The notes: generated by a model from the sequence alone, not told the origin. A DNA stretch of 62,430 bases from an uncultured Bacteroidota bacterium (GCA_903836265.1 CAILQK010000258.1:1-62430), one strand, 5' to 3'; positions 50,337 to 60,422 are shown, counted from the first letter of the stretch. Made by a program: numbers and translations.

Positions 50337-51005
50337 TCAGAAGTAATTTCGGCGGTTTCTGTGCCAGTAAAGAATCAGAAACAGTCCGAAAACAGCACCG
50401 CCGAGGTGTGCGAAGTGCGCAATACCGGTTTGGTACCCGCTCACGCCATACACCAGTTCGAGTACAGCAATGACAGGCACAAAAAACTTGGCGCGCATGG
50501 CAACCGGAGGAAAGAGCAGGCGGATTTCCTGTTCGGGGAAGGTCATGGCGAATGCAACGAGAATGCCGAATACTGCTCCGGAAGCGCCCAGGGAGGATCC
50601 GTTCCAGGTTGTCGGATCAATTCCTGCCGACGAGAGCTCCCACCATTGCACGGCATTCTGGGTTATATAGGCGCCAATACCACAGAAAAGGTAGAAGAAA
50701 AGAAAGCGTTTGGGCCCCCAGACCATTTCCATCATGGTGCCGAACCAGTAGATGGACAGCATATTGAACAGCAGGTGGGGAAGACTGCCGTGCATGAACA
50801 TGTGCGTGAAAATCTGGTAGGGCTGAAAGTGCGGCGACCCCGGAAGAAAGGCTGCGAGATGCAGACGGCCCAGCGTTGAATAATCCATGGATGCACTGTT
50901 GAACACCTCTTCGCCCAAAATGACATACGAGCCGGCGAACATCAGCACATTGATGATGACGAGATGTTTGACTACACCCTGAAAAGGAATTCCCGAGAAG
51001 AACAT
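50337..51005 (-). CDS. rhomboid protease
   Basis: HMFMHG, HLLFNM, GASG, AHFAHLGG. Confidence 0.9.
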   Translation of the reverse strand: MFFSGIPFQGVVKHLVIINVLMFAGSYVILGEEVFNSASMDYSTLGRLHLAAFLPGSPHFQPYQIFTHMFMHGSLPHLLFNMLSIYWFGTMMEMVWGPKRFLFFYLFCGIGAYITQNAVQWWELSSAGIDPTTWNGSSLGASGAVFGILVAFAMTFPEQEIRLLFPPVAMRAKFFVPVIAVLELVYGVSGYQTGIAHFAHLGGAVFGLFLILYWHRNRRNYF

Positions 51006-51023
51006 AAATTGATTTGATGTTGG

Positions 51024-52886
51024 TTATCCGAATTGTTTTCGCACCTCTTCCAGATCATGCTGAATGAATATTTTTTTCCCCGACGGACAGGCGAACGGTA
51101 CAGAACAGGCAAAAAGCTGGTCTATCAGTTCGCGCATTTCACTGACGGCAAGCAGTCGTCCCCTTTTGACGGAGGTGTTCCTGGCCATGGCTGCTGCAAG
51201 TCTTTTTCGTTCGTTCAGTTCCATCTGCATGTTGTTGCGGTACAGATCGAGCAGATTGCCAATCAGTACCTCTTCCGGAATTTGCTGGTCGAGATCGGCG
51301 GGCACACCGTGAACAACGAAGGTATTTCCGCCGAAAAAAGCCAGTTCAAATCCCAGTGTATTCACGTCGTCGAGGATATCACGCAGGAGCGCGGCATCGG
51401 CCGGCGACAGTTCAATTGTCTTCGGAAAGAGCAGCTTCTGAATGGCAACAGGCTGATTTTCAAGTGCATCAAGATATCTTTCGTATAAAATACGCTCGCT
51501 GGCAGCCTGCTGGTCAATCAGCAGGAAACCCGATTTGATATGGCTGACGATAAACTGTCCGTGAATCTGGTACGGCTCCTTCTGCACCCCGGAGAAGTGT
51601 TCATTGGCGTCGTCCATTTCGAGCACCTCCACTGAGGAAAAATTGCCGGAGCCCTCGGGGGGGGCGGAACTGATGTCCGACCCGTCGTCGGGTACCAGTT
51701 CCGTGACAGGAATACCCATACCTTCATAGAGGCGCTGCCAGTTGCGAAGATTGTCATCGTGTCGCCGGCTGTCTGGCGCAAACGACTCAGGCGGCCTGTA
51801 GGCGGAGCTGCCGGTTGATACGGGTGGCTGATAGGAAGATGCCGAAGGGAACGCCTGAAAGGCCGGCTCCTGCTCGAAATCAAGCGTGGGGGTAACATTA
51901 TTGGCACCCAGCGCGTGTTTTACTGCTACTTTAAGGTAATTGTAAACCAGGCGTTCATCGTCAAACTTGATTTCCTGTTTGGTAGGGTGAACATTGATAT
52001 CAATACTTCCGGGATCAATTTCCAGCGAAAGCACATAAAGCGGATGATGATCGTCGGGAATCAGACTTTCATAGGCCGCCACTACGGCGTGGTGCAGGTA
52101 ACTGCTCTTTATGTAGCGTTTGTTGACAAAAAAGAACTGTTCGCCTCTGTTTTTTTTGTGATAGTCGGGTTTCCCGACAAATCCCGCAATTTTGAGGATA
52201 TCAGTTTCCTCCTGTACCGGAACCAGTTTTTTATTCACCGCGTCACCGAAAATCTTGACGATCCGCTGTCTCAGATTTCCGGAGGGCAGGTGAAATATCT
52301 CGGTATCATTCTGGTGCATGGTGAAGTGAATGTCAGGGTTGGCCATCGCAACACGCTGAAATTCATCAATGATATGGCGCATTTCCACAGCATCCGCCTT
52401 CAGGAAGTTTCTCCGCGCCGGCACATTATAAAAGAGATTTTTAACAGCGATACTGGTACCCTGAGGGGCCTGACACGCCTCCTGTACGCGAACTGTCGAA
52501 TCTTCCACAACCAGTCGCACACCCAGCTCGTCGGTATAGCGACGGGTGCGCATCTCCACCTGGGCCACTGCAGCGATAGAAGCAAGCGCCTCGCCCCGGA
52601 ACCCCATCGTGCGAATGGCAAACAGGTCGCGCGCATCCCGTATTTTGGAGGTAGCATGCCTTTCGAAACTCATGCGGGCATCCGTTTCAGACATGCCGCA
52701 GCCATTGTCCATGACCTGAACCAGCGTCTTGCCGGCGTCTCTGACAATCAGTCTGATCTGGGTGGCTCCGGCATCAATCGCATTCTCCATGAGCTCTTTG
52801 ACCACAGATGCCGGACGCTGCACGACCTCGCCCGCAGCGATCTGGTTTGCTACATTTTCAGGTAAAAGTTGGATGACATCAGCCAT
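51024..52886 (-). CDS. mutL: DNA mismatch repair protein MutL
   Basis: IAAGEVVQRPASVVKEL.ENAIDA, GFRGEALASI, DINVHPTK, DQQAASERILYE, CPSG. Confidence 0.96.
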   Translation of the reverse strand: MADVIQLLPENVANQIAAGEVVQRPASVVKELMENAIDAGATQIRLIVRDAGKTLVQVMDNGCGMSETDARMSFERHATSKIRDARDLFAIRTMGFRGEALASIAAVAQVEMRTRRYTDELGVRLVVEDSTVRVQEACQAPQGTSIAVKNLFYNVPARRNFLKADAVEMRHIIDEFQRVAMANPDIHFTMHQNDTEIFHLPSGNLRQRIVKIFGDAVNKKLVPVQEETDILKIAGFVGKPDYHKKNRGEQFFFVNKRYIKSSYLHHAVVAAYESLIPDDHHPLYVLSLEIDPGSIDINVHPTKQEIKFDDERLVYNYLKVAVKHALGANNVTPTLDFEQEPAFQAFPSASSYQPPVSTGSSAYRPPESFAPDSRRHDDNLRNWQRLYEGMGIPVTELVPDDGSDISSAPPEGSGNFSSVEVLEMDDANEHFSGVQKEPYQIHGQFIVSHIKSGFLLIDQQAASERILYERYLDALENQPVAIQKLLFPKTIELSPADAALLRDILDDVNTLGFELAFFGGNTFVVHGVPADLDQQIPEEVLIGNLLDLYRNNMQMELNERKRLAAAMARNTSVKRGRLLAVSEMRELIDQLFACSVPFACPSGKKIFIQHDLEEVRKQFG

Positions 52887-53042
52887 AGAAGAGCCTGTGA
52901 AAGTCTTGATGAACAGGCAAAGATACGGGATGATTTCAGTGAATCAGCCCCTGCGACAGGCTATTTGCAGCACCAATCTTTATATTTATTATGTATTGTG
53001 TAAAAAAAGAGGAAAAGAGCCACATTCTTCTGCCCTCTTTTA

Positions 53043-53050
53043 TACTTTTG
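53043..53050 (+). promoter_or_regulatory. -7 promoter element
   Basis: TACTTTTG about 35 nt before ATG53086. Confidence 0.55.
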
Positions 53051-53085
53051 CGGCTCAATTGCATCAAACAATTCAGCACAGAAAA

Positions 53086-53217
53086 ATGGAAAATATTCAG
53101 AATACGCGTGGTAAGGGCTACTGCATCCTGTATATTATCATGGGGTTGTTCTTCCTGATCTCCCTCATACTCATGCTTTACAACCGCAGCGGCGTACTCG
53201 AGTTCCCGAAGCTTTGA
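53086..53217 (+). CDS. small single-TM protein (43 aa)
   Basis: MENIQNTRGKGYCILYIIMGLFFLISLILMLYNRSGVLEFPKL; promoter motif upstream, A-rich start context; stop overlaps the TTG of the next gene. Confidence 0.6.
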   Translation: MENIQNTRGKGYCILYIIMGLFFLISLILMLYNRSGVLEFPKL

Positions 53218-53885
53218 GCCAGATAAAACACATTCTGTTCGATAACGACGGGACGATTGTCGACTCCGAGGTCATTGCCCAGCGCACCATGCTCCGCCTG
53301 ATGGCAGAACACAACTTCGTCATGAGTGAGCAGGAGTACAGTCATCGGTTTCCCGGACTGTTGGGCAGGGATATACTCCGGATTCTCAAAGATGATCACG
53401 GCTTCAATGCTCCCGCCGATTTCATGCAACGGATGCACGGTGAGTACTCCATCAGTTTCACCAACAAACTGAAAATCATTCCCGGCATGTGGGGGCTGTT
53501 CAGAAATCTGAAGGTACCCAAGAGTATTGTCTCCAACGGCAGTGTCAGGCATGTCGAATTCTGTCTTCGCCAGGTCCGCCTGTTGTCGGCCCTGGATGGC
53601 CGTATATTTTCTGCCGAACAGGTACGCAACCCGAAACCGCATCCTGACGTATATACATACGCACTGGAGCAACTTGGCCTGAAGTCTCAGGAGGCCCTGG
53701 CCGTTGAGGACAGTCCGACGGGTGTCAAGGCTGCCAAAGATGCCGGATTGTTCACGGTTGGTTTCCTGGGAGCGGCCCATGTCCACGATGGGCACGAGCG
53801 CAAGCTGAAGGCGGCCGGCGCTGATATTATTGCGGCTGACTCGAAGCAGTTGGCCCGATTTTTGAAGGACAAATATCTGATTTGA
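53214..53885 (+). CDS. HAD-IA hydrolase
   Basis: FDNDGTIVDSE, KPHPDVY, VEDSPTGV. Confidence 0.9.
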   Translation: MSQIKHILFDNDGTIVDSEVIAQRTMLRLMAEHNFVMSEQEYSHRFPGLLGRDILRILKDDHGFNAPADFMQRMHGEYSISFTNKLKIIPGMWGLFRNLKVPKSIVSNGSVRHVEFCLRQVRLLSALDGRIFSAEQVRNPKPHPDVYTYALEQLGLKSQEALAVEDSPTGVKAAKDAGLFTVGFLGAAHVHDGHERKLKAAGADIIAADSKQLARFLKDKYLI

Positions 53886-53961
53886 CAGATGTTGCCACTG
53901 ATTTGAAACATTCTGAGCCCAGCTCTGTTAATAAAGAAGTTTTCATTTGGTTTTTTGGGGT

Positions 53962-54990
53962 TTATTGGTCGCCAGGACGTGTAATTACGCTTCTGGCGGC
54001 TTTTTTTTCGGCCAAATGGGCTACTGCAAACGACGTGACAGCTGCTGCAACTGCCCAAAACCAGAGCGGGGCATCAATCAGGCGCGACCCGACAGCCTTC
54101 ACTCCCCGGTAAACCAGCGGATGAAGTAGATACAGAGCGTAGGAAACATCACCCAGCCATGCCAGTATCCGGCCTGAAATCCCCGGAAGTTTTCCGGTGC
54201 CGAATATCCATCCTGTAACGGCCACTACTGTACTGGCGGAGAGCACGACCATACTCGTCCCGGTGACAAGCAACCGTGGATCATTTCCTGTGGGCATTAA
54301 AAAAAATACTGTTATGCCCGCCAGCAGCAATAATCTCCAGTACTTTCGGGGAATCACCTTAAGGTTCCCGGAGAACACCGAAAGCCCTGCCCCGGTAATA
54401 AAAAACCATGCATGACCAGGCGCCTGCACGTAAAAGGGCCACCATACCGCCTGTGAAGTGCCGGCTGCCGAAAACGGCGGGAAGAAGGCGCGGGCCAGAC
54501 CAAAGGCAACAGCGGCCATCCAGAGAAGCAGAAAAATCCACTTCTTCCGCTCTCCTGTCCAGAGAAGCAGCGGAAAGAAGCAATAATAAACCAGTTCGCA
54601 CCCGATTGACCAGGCGCCGGTGGCAATATCGGCCGATGCATCGGCAAACCCGAACAGGCCAGTGAGGTTGAGCAAAATTGTTTGCCAGCTTCTGGAGTGT
54701 TCATCAATGGCCAGCGTTGCAATGGTGGCCAGCCAGAGCATCGGAAAAATGCGTCTTGTTCTCCGAAGTGCGAATGATTTCCACGCGTGCGGGAGCGTAC
54801 CTGCATATCTGTGAGCGAGCGCCATTCCACTGATAACAAAAAATGACGATACGGCATAGACCCCGAGTTTACCCTGGGGAGTATCGGCATTCCAGGTTCC
54901 GGTTGTCCACTTGTCGTAATGGAATACCAGTACCGCCAGTGCCATCAGCCCGCGGAGATAATCGAGCTGAATCAGTCGGTCACGTTCCAC
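53962..54990 (-). CDS. acyltransferase 3 (OafA/YrhL-like) membrane protein
   Basis: LDYLRG, FFVISG, RR..RIFP, WSI..E..YY, LGDVSYALYLLH. Confidence 0.88.
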   Translation of the reverse strand: MERDRLIQLDYLRGLMALAVLVFHYDKWTTGTWNADTPQGKLGVYAVSSFFVISGMALAHRYAGTLPHAWKSFALRRTRRIFPMLWLATIATLAIDEHSRSWQTILLNLTGLFGFADASADIATGAWSIGCELVYYCFFPLLLWTGERKKWIFLLLWMAAVAFGLARAFFPPFSAAGTSQAVWWPFYVQAPGHAWFFITGAGLSVFSGNLKVIPRKYWRLLLLAGITVFFLMPTGNDPRLLVTGTSMVVLSASTVVAVTGWIFGTGKLPGISGRILAWLGDVSYALYLLHPLVYRGVKAVGSRLIDAPLWFWAVAAAVTSFAVAHLAEKKAARSVITRPGDQ

Positions 54991-55586
54991 TGACGGAGCG
55001 TTTCGAGCAACTGGGCGGGACTTTGAAAATGAATTCCGTGAATCCCGTGATCTTCGGCGGCACTGACGTTGTGCAGGTTGTCATCAATAAAAACTGCATG
55101 TTGCGGTGTTACTCCGTACCTGTCGAGGAGGAGTTGATAGATATCCGGGAATGGCTTTCGGGTACCTTCATCGCCTGAAACGACAATACCCTCAAACCAG
55201 TGGAGAAAGTCATACCGGCCGAGCGCCACCGGGAAAGTTTCACCGCTCCAGTTGGTGAGTGCCAGCAGCCGTTGTTTTTTCTGATCCCGGAGGCTGCGCA
55301 GAATATCAACCGTGTCGTGAATTGGTCCGCCGAGCATATCTTCCCACCTGTCATAATAAGTGCGAATTTCCATTTCCCAGTCGGGGAACTCGCGTACCAG
55401 CAGGTCTGTTGCCACGGCCAGCGGGCGTCCGGCATCCTGTTCAATGTTCCAGTCGTGAGTGCAGATATTCCGGAAGAAATAGTCTCTGCGATCACTGTCA
55501 GGGATAACCTCCCGGAAAACATACTCGGGGTTCCAGTCAATGAGCACGCCGCCGAGGTCGAAGATAATGGTGTTGATCTGTTTCAT
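54972..55586 (-). CDS. HAD family phosphatase (YihX-like)
   Basis: FDLGGVL, LTNW, RKP.PDIY, FIDD..HNV. Confidence 0.9.
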   Translation of the reverse strand: MKQINTIIFDLGGVLIDWNPEYVFREVIPDSDRRDYFFRNICTHDWNIEQDAGRPLAVATDLLVREFPDWEMEIRTYYDRWEDMLGGPIHDTVDILRSLRDQKKQRLLALTNWSGETFPVALGRYDFLHWFEGIVVSGDEGTRKPFPDIYQLLLDRYGVTPQHAVFIDDNLHNVSAAEDHGIHGIHFQSPAQLLETLRQWNVTD

Positions 55587-58500
55587 ATTATTTTGCCTGT
55601 TTCCCTGAGTACACGCTGCATTTCGCTGTACTGATTGTCGAGCAGCCGCTTCAGGTCGTACCGTTCAAATTTAAGGTTGAAGTGATACTTGTGATTTTCG
55701 TGATGGTCTGTGTTGGTTGGGATAAAGCCCAGGAAAGGAGCGTTCCAGCGGATCCTGCGTTTGCCGGCCTTGTCGTACAGTTCATCCCAGGGAATCTCGA
55801 GGTATTCGGCCTTGGGGTAATAAAGATAAATACCCTTTAAATTCCGGATGATATCAATAGCGATTTTCCGCTCCGGCTCGAGATTCTCGTCGGCAAATTC
55901 GCTGATTTCCCGGTGATACAGCCTTACCTGATCGGAGTACCTTCTGTCAGCAATTCGCTCCCTGGCCCCGGCGAGATCGTAAAGAGCAGGTTGCGCGGCA
56001 TGCAGCGCCCTCAGAACGGCGATGGCATCGAAACCTGACGGACTTGTATTGTAATCTTTACCGTTTTCGGATATATCTATCCAGTCGAACTTGACTTCTT
56101 CTGTCAGTTCACGCCATACGAGGTCCAGATAACGAGTATCAGGATACAGTTTATAATTACTGACAGCTTCGTACAGGAGCAGTTCCACATCGGTTCGACG
56201 CCCGTTTTCTCCTCTTTTGATTTTTTCATATTCAGGAAGAATCCGTTTGTGAAAAAGATTGATGGCAATCTGTGCTCTGATATCTTCCTCGGTGACGGGC
56301 ACTCCGGCCGCCTGCATGGTATCGAGAATATACTTCAGTGCCCCGTGAGCATCAAACCCCAGAGCCAGGCTGTCGGGATCCGCTGCAAGTGTGTGCGGAT
56401 TATGAGCCAGCCATGTAAGCAGTCCGTCGCCCGTAAGTTCCCTGAGAGCCTCTTCCAGAAAAACCATTCCTCTTTCCGGGCGTGCCTTTTGTGCGATAAC
56501 ACGCCTTTTCAGACAATCAATCAGGATTCTGCGCGCATCGAGCCGGTTCATTTGCCTGAAATCAGTGAAAGAAAGGCCTTTGACTGCCTTTTCATAGTTC
56601 TTTTCAGTATCGCGGATGAACTCAAGATAAACAGTTTCATGCAGATTTGGCTGAATTTTCAGCCAGGCATGTTCTCCTGCGGCATCACTGACAATCTTGT
56701 GTACAATTCCGTACGCGTCGAAGTCACAGGCAGCACATTCGGGACAAGGAATCAGGTTGCCGTTGTCATCGAGGGTAAACCACCTGACTGTTGCCACTTC
56801 CGACTCCGGCGGAACGTTGAGAAGACCGGGGAGCAGATACTCGAGCGCCAGACGATAAAACGAGTTCCCGTGACCGAGCGGATCCGTATCTCCGAATACA
56901 TGGGCTCCCAGCAGGCAGGCATAAGTAAACCTCACCACCGATTCCCGCACATCCGTGAAAGGCCTGCTTCTTCTTTCATCTTCTGCCAGCTGATTCCTGA
57001 GCGCCTGTCTTTTGGCAAGCAGGCTGTAGAACAGGTCTTCCCGAAGCATTGCCCTGCTTTTGACCACCTTGCCGGCTGTTTCCTGCTCCATACTCTCGAG
57101 CATATAGAGAAGTTCCTGAATTTCCCCCAGCAGATCGTGGCGTCCGAGCGGAGTAAACTGAAAGTGGCCATCCACTACCGACACCTTCTGAAGCCAGCTG
57201 TATTTGCCACCGCCACACGATTCAATAACTGCGACCTCAATGAGTTCTTCTGAAGGATGGACAATACGGCAGACCTTCAGTGTATTTTCGAGGATAACAC
57301 GCAGTTTCATTCGATTGTCGGGCACCTGCTCAGCATGCTTTCCCGTATGACGGATTGAATCGTTGGGGAGATTGTAATAAAGCCGGAGTGCGGCATCAGA
57401 TATACTTTCGGAGGCGATAGCGAGGTTGTGTCCGGCTGTTGAGGAAGGGCATTTCCCTTTTGTCTGATAATCCCGAAGGCGGCTTGCGAAAAGCAGAATG
57501 TGCTGAAGAACCCGGTCGTTCCCTTCCAGTGCCGTTTCCATGGCTCTGGCCGGAGTTTCCTGCTGGATGCAGGTAATCAGCAGATATTCGTACAACTGGG
57601 CCGACTGGGCGTCTATCTGCCTTCTGACCTGATCGCAAAAAGAGAATGCCAGTACGGGATTTTTCACCGCAAGTGCATCCCTGGCGAGCAGGAGATACCT
57701 GCGAAAATCATTCTGCTGAGCCGGCGAAAGCAGTCCGGCAACTCCTCCGTCTTCGGACGCTGCCGACACCGGTACAATAATATCATCGCCGGGTATGAAG
57801 AATGGCGGCGCCTTGCTCTCGTCGCGGCTGCCGGGAGTGAAGTGGTAGTAGTCTCTGATGAAAATACTCCGCCAGTCGGGATCAAGCTGTTCTTCGGAAA
57901 GACTTTCAACAAGATATCTGAGGTCAGACTGCAGCGGAGCCGCCTCTTTTTCGAGTTCGGTGACCGACACAGCCGACAGGCGCATTTGTTCCCGCAGATG
58001 GCCGAAGGCGTCTTCAATATCGAGCGACAGTCTCCTTGCCGGAACATCCTGGATCAACTTTTTCAGGAGTGCCAGCAGCGGCGCGTGGTTGATACGGTCA
58101 GTCTGGGCCAGCAGGCGTTCTCGCAGATCGGCGACAGTGACCGGCAGTTCAATGTGTCCGGGCGGAACAGCACTGGAATCGGGGGCAGCGTGAATAACCC
58201 GGACAGCATTGACAGCGACGCGCTGAAGTTGCCTGTTGCGGTCAATATCCGGATTTTCAATTGACTCGGGAGCCGGGAGCAGTTCGGGAAACGGCCTCAG
58301 GCGTGCGGGTGTGTCGCATGCGCGGGCGCGGGCAGTGGCTATCTGCAGGGCAGGCCTGACCGGCTGACTTTTCACAGCCACATCATACTCGAACCTGGTT
58401 TCAGACTTGTCCTCATAATTCATGGAAAGCAGCGCGATAAACAGTCCGGCCGATTCGATAAAAGCGGCAGCGCTTGCTCTGTATTCTTCGGGTGGCACCT

Positions 58501-58624
58501 GACTGCCTTCCCAGAATTCGACGTCAGCCGGCTGCAGCGACAGCGCCAGCTGACGCTGCAAATCCAGGGCAGTCTGCTCGTCGGCAGCATCGCGGGACAG
58601 GAAAATACGCAGTACAGTACTCAT
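55583..58624 (-). CDS. TIR-like + EAD-like + helical multidomain protein (1013 aa)
   Basis: N-terminal RIFLS..AD...L...L...FW......A.LFIALLSMNY...E..VA fits TIR; residues ~165-245 form a helical bundle resembling EAD11; remainder unassigned. Confidence 0.6.
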   Translation of the reverse strand: MSTVLRIFLSRDAADEQTALDLQRQLALSLQPADVEFWEGSQVPPEEYRASAAAFIESAGLFIALLSMNYEDKSETRFEYDVAVKSQPVRPALQIATARARACDTPARLRPFPELLPAPESIENPDIDRNRQLQRVAVNAVRVIHAAPDSSAVPPGHIELPVTVADLRERLLAQTDRINHAPLLALLKKLIQDVPARRLSLDIEDAFGHLREQMRLSAVSVTELEKEAAPLQSDLRYLVESLSEEQLDPDWRSIFIRDYYHFTPGSRDESKAPPFFIPGDDIIVPVSAASEDGGVAGLLSPAQQNDFRRYLLLARDALAVKNPVLAFSFCDQVRRQIDAQSAQLYEYLLITCIQQETPARAMETALEGNDRVLQHILLFASRLRDYQTKGKCPSSTAGHNLAIASESISDAALRLYYNLPNDSIRHTGKHAEQVPDNRMKLRVILENTLKVCRIVHPSEELIEVAVIESCGGGKYSWLQKVSVVDGHFQFTPLGRHDLLGEIQELLYMLESMEQETAGKVVKSRAMLREDLFYSLLAKRQALRNQLAEDERRSRPFTDVRESVVRFTYACLLGAHVFGDTDPLGHGNSFYRLALEYLLPGLLNVPPESEVATVRWFTLDDNGNLIPCPECAACDFDAYGIVHKIVSDAAGEHAWLKIQPNLHETVYLEFIRDTEKNYEKAVKGLSFTDFRQMNRLDARRILIDCLKRRVIAQKARPERGMVFLEEALRELTGDGLLTWLAHNPHTLAADPDSLALGFDAHGALKYILDTMQAAGVPVTEEDIRAQIAINLFHKRILPEYEKIKRGENGRRTDVELLLYEAVSNYKLYPDTRYLDLVWRELTEEVKFDWIDISENGKDYNTSPSGFDAIAVLRALHAAQPALYDLAGARERIADRRYSDQVRLYHREISEFADENLEPERKIAIDIIRNLKGIYLYYPKAEYLEIPWDELYDKAGKRRIRWNAPFLGFIPTNTDHHENHKYHFNLKFERYDLKRLLDNQYSEMQRVLRETGKII

Positions 58625-58634
58625 AACAGGTTCG

Positions 58635-58642
58635 CAAATATA
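58635..58642 (-). promoter_or_regulatory. -7 promoter element for the TIR gene (very short leader)
   Basis: Minus-strand TATATTTG 10 nt before ATG58624. Confidence 0.55.
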
Positions 58643-58810
58643 CCGCGCAATGCGCTGAAAAGACTCAATGTATTACACATAAAATGAAGTAAAGAGGCTC
58701 AGGCGCCCTCCGGGCTTCAGGAAAAGACCTTACAGGGAGTCAAATTTGCCTGATTCTTACATTTATTTCAAGAATAGCTGATTAAATCCTGAAAGTTGGG
58801 GATAATGTTG

Positions 58811-58818
58811 TACATTTG
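58811..58818 (+). promoter_or_regulatory. -7 promoter element for the cold-shock gene
   Basis: TACATTTG. Confidence 0.55.
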
Positions 58819-58856
58819 TTGTTGGTATATACCACATCACTTTTTTCTTTTTTCTC

Positions 58857-59048
58857 ATGCGTACTGGCACAGTAAAATTTTTCAACACCACAAAAGGCTT
58901 TGGTTTCATCATTGACTCTTCCACCGGCGAAGAGATTTTTGTCCACGTAAGTGGCGTCGTAGGCGAAATTCGCCAGGGCGACACCGTTACATTCGAAACA
59001 CAGAAGGGCAAAAAAGGCGTGAATGCAGTTAATGTACAGCTTGCTTAA
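58857..59048 (+). CDS. cspA: cold-shock protein
   Basis: GTVKFFN..KGFGFI (RNP1) and IFVH (RNP2); 63 aa. Symbol denotes the family. Confidence 0.93.
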   Translation: MRTGTVKFFNTTKGFGFIIDSSTGEEIFVHVSGVVGEIRQGDTVTFETQKGKKGVNAVNVQLA

Positions 59049-59079
59049 GCGCAGCTGACCTAATAAATATTCATTCCTG

Positions 59080-59113
59080 ACTCCGGGGGCTATCAGCCTC
59101 CGGAGTTTTTTTT
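59080..59113 (+). terminator. rho-independent terminator after the cold-shock gene
   Basis: actccgggggct-atc-agcctccggagt followed by a T-run. Confidence 0.85.
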
Positions 59114-59209
59114 GTACTGACCCGGCTTTATATTGGCGCCAAAAGTCTGTTTTAAGACATAAAACTCATACTTTTTTATTGAAAATACACAATTCACGAA
59201 GCAACTGAC

Positions 59210-59217
59210 TATATTTG
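59210..59217 (+). promoter_or_regulatory. -7 promoter element for the lactonase gene
   Basis: TATATTTG. Confidence 0.5.
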
Positions 59218-59261
59218 CCATTCATACGTATCTTCTGTTCACAAGCATATCGGCGATTTCT

Positions 59262-60371
59262 GTGAAAAATCAATTCTTGTTTTCAATTCTTTCCCTGGCA
59301 CTGCCTCTTTTTCTTTCTGCGCAGGATCGCCTCCTTTATGTGGGTACCTATACGACCCGCGGGAGCGAGGGTATATACGTTTATCGTTTCAATTCCAGAA
59401 CCGGCGCGATGACACGTACCGATGTAACCGGAGGCATTGAAAACCCCTCTTTTCTGGCATCTTCTCCCGATGGGAAGTACCTGTATGCAGTGGCAGAAAA
59501 TCCGGACGGAGCGGTAAATGCCTACAAATCGGATCCGGAAAGCGGCAAACTGACCTTTATGAACCGGCAGTCGTCTCGTGGTTCCTGGCCCTGCCATCTT
59601 GCTGTTGACAAAACCGGGAAAATATGTATTGCGGGCAACTACGGCTCGGGCAACTTTTCAGTATTTCCTGTTCAGGCAGACGGGTCGCTGGGCGAGAGCC
59701 GGCAAACCATTCAGCATGAAGGCAGCAGTGTCATAAAAGATCGCCAGGAGGGCCCGCATGTACATTGCACAGGTTACGTTCCAAATAACGACGGGTTGTT
59801 TGTCGCCGACCTGGGTACCGACCGGATATATGGCTACAACATGGATCCCGCAACCGGTCGCCTGTGGTCGGCCGAGCCACTTTACTTCGAGGCTGCGCCC
59901 GGAGCCGGGCCAAGGCATTTTGTATTCCACCCCAATGGTCGTTACGTTTATGCAGTCATGGAGCTGAACTGTACCGTAAACGTGCTCAAATTTGAAAACG
60001 GCGGACTGGAGAAACTGCAGAGCATCGGTACTTTGCCGGAAGGATACAATGAAAAAAATTCGTGCGCCGACATACACGTTTCGCCCGATGGAAAATTTCT
60101 TTATGCATCAAACCGCGGTCACAACAGCATCGTGGCATACAGTATTGATCCGAAAACCGGCGGACTGACTCTGCTTGATTTTTATCCGACGCTGGGCAGT
60201 GCACCCCGGAATTTCACACTGGATCCATCGGGAAAATTTCTGCTGGTTGCCAATCAGGACAGCGACTCGGTACAAATTTACAAACGCGACGGGCGAAGTG
60301 GCAGACTGAAGTATCACTCGAAAGGTGCCGACATATCCATGCCAGTATGTTTGCTGTTCAGACCTGAATAA
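59262..60371 (+). CDS. secreted lactonase family protein (6-phosphogluconolactonase-like beta-propeller)
   Basis: YVGTYT, NPSFL, PHVH, DLGTD, GPRH, YASNRGHNS, PRNF, NQDSD. Confidence 0.9.
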   Translation: MKNQFLFSILSLALPLFLSAQDRLLYVGTYTTRGSEGIYVYRFNSRTGAMTRTDVTGGIENPSFLASSPDGKYLYAVAENPDGAVNAYKSDPESGKLTFMNRQSSRGSWPCHLAVDKTGKICIAGNYGSGNFSVFPVQADGSLGESRQTIQHEGSSVIKDRQEGPHVHCTGYVPNNDGLFVADLGTDRIYGYNMDPATGRLWSAEPLYFEAAPGAGPRHFVFHPNGRYVYAVMELNCTVNVLKFENGGLEKLQSIGTLPEGYNEKNSCADIHVSPDGKFLYASNRGHNSIVAYSIDPKTGGLTLLDFYPTLGSAPRNFTLDPSGKFLLVANQDSDSVQIYKRDGRSGRLKYHSKGADISMPVCLLFRPE

Positions 60372-60422
60372 GTTATCATACTTTTTTTAATCCTTTTTTA
60401 CAAGATTAAGGAAACAGCATCC

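Noticed and set aside
48323..52886. mutL-rhomboid-rhomboid-EEP cluster as a novel system
   Set aside because: To my knowledge a common conserved gene order in Bacteroidota.
8227..57253. Other long opposite-strand ORFs (8227-9144, 12865-13737, 38872-39843, 51915-52865, 56249-57253)
   Set aside because: Each lies fully within a well-supported gene on the other strand; explained by codon bias.
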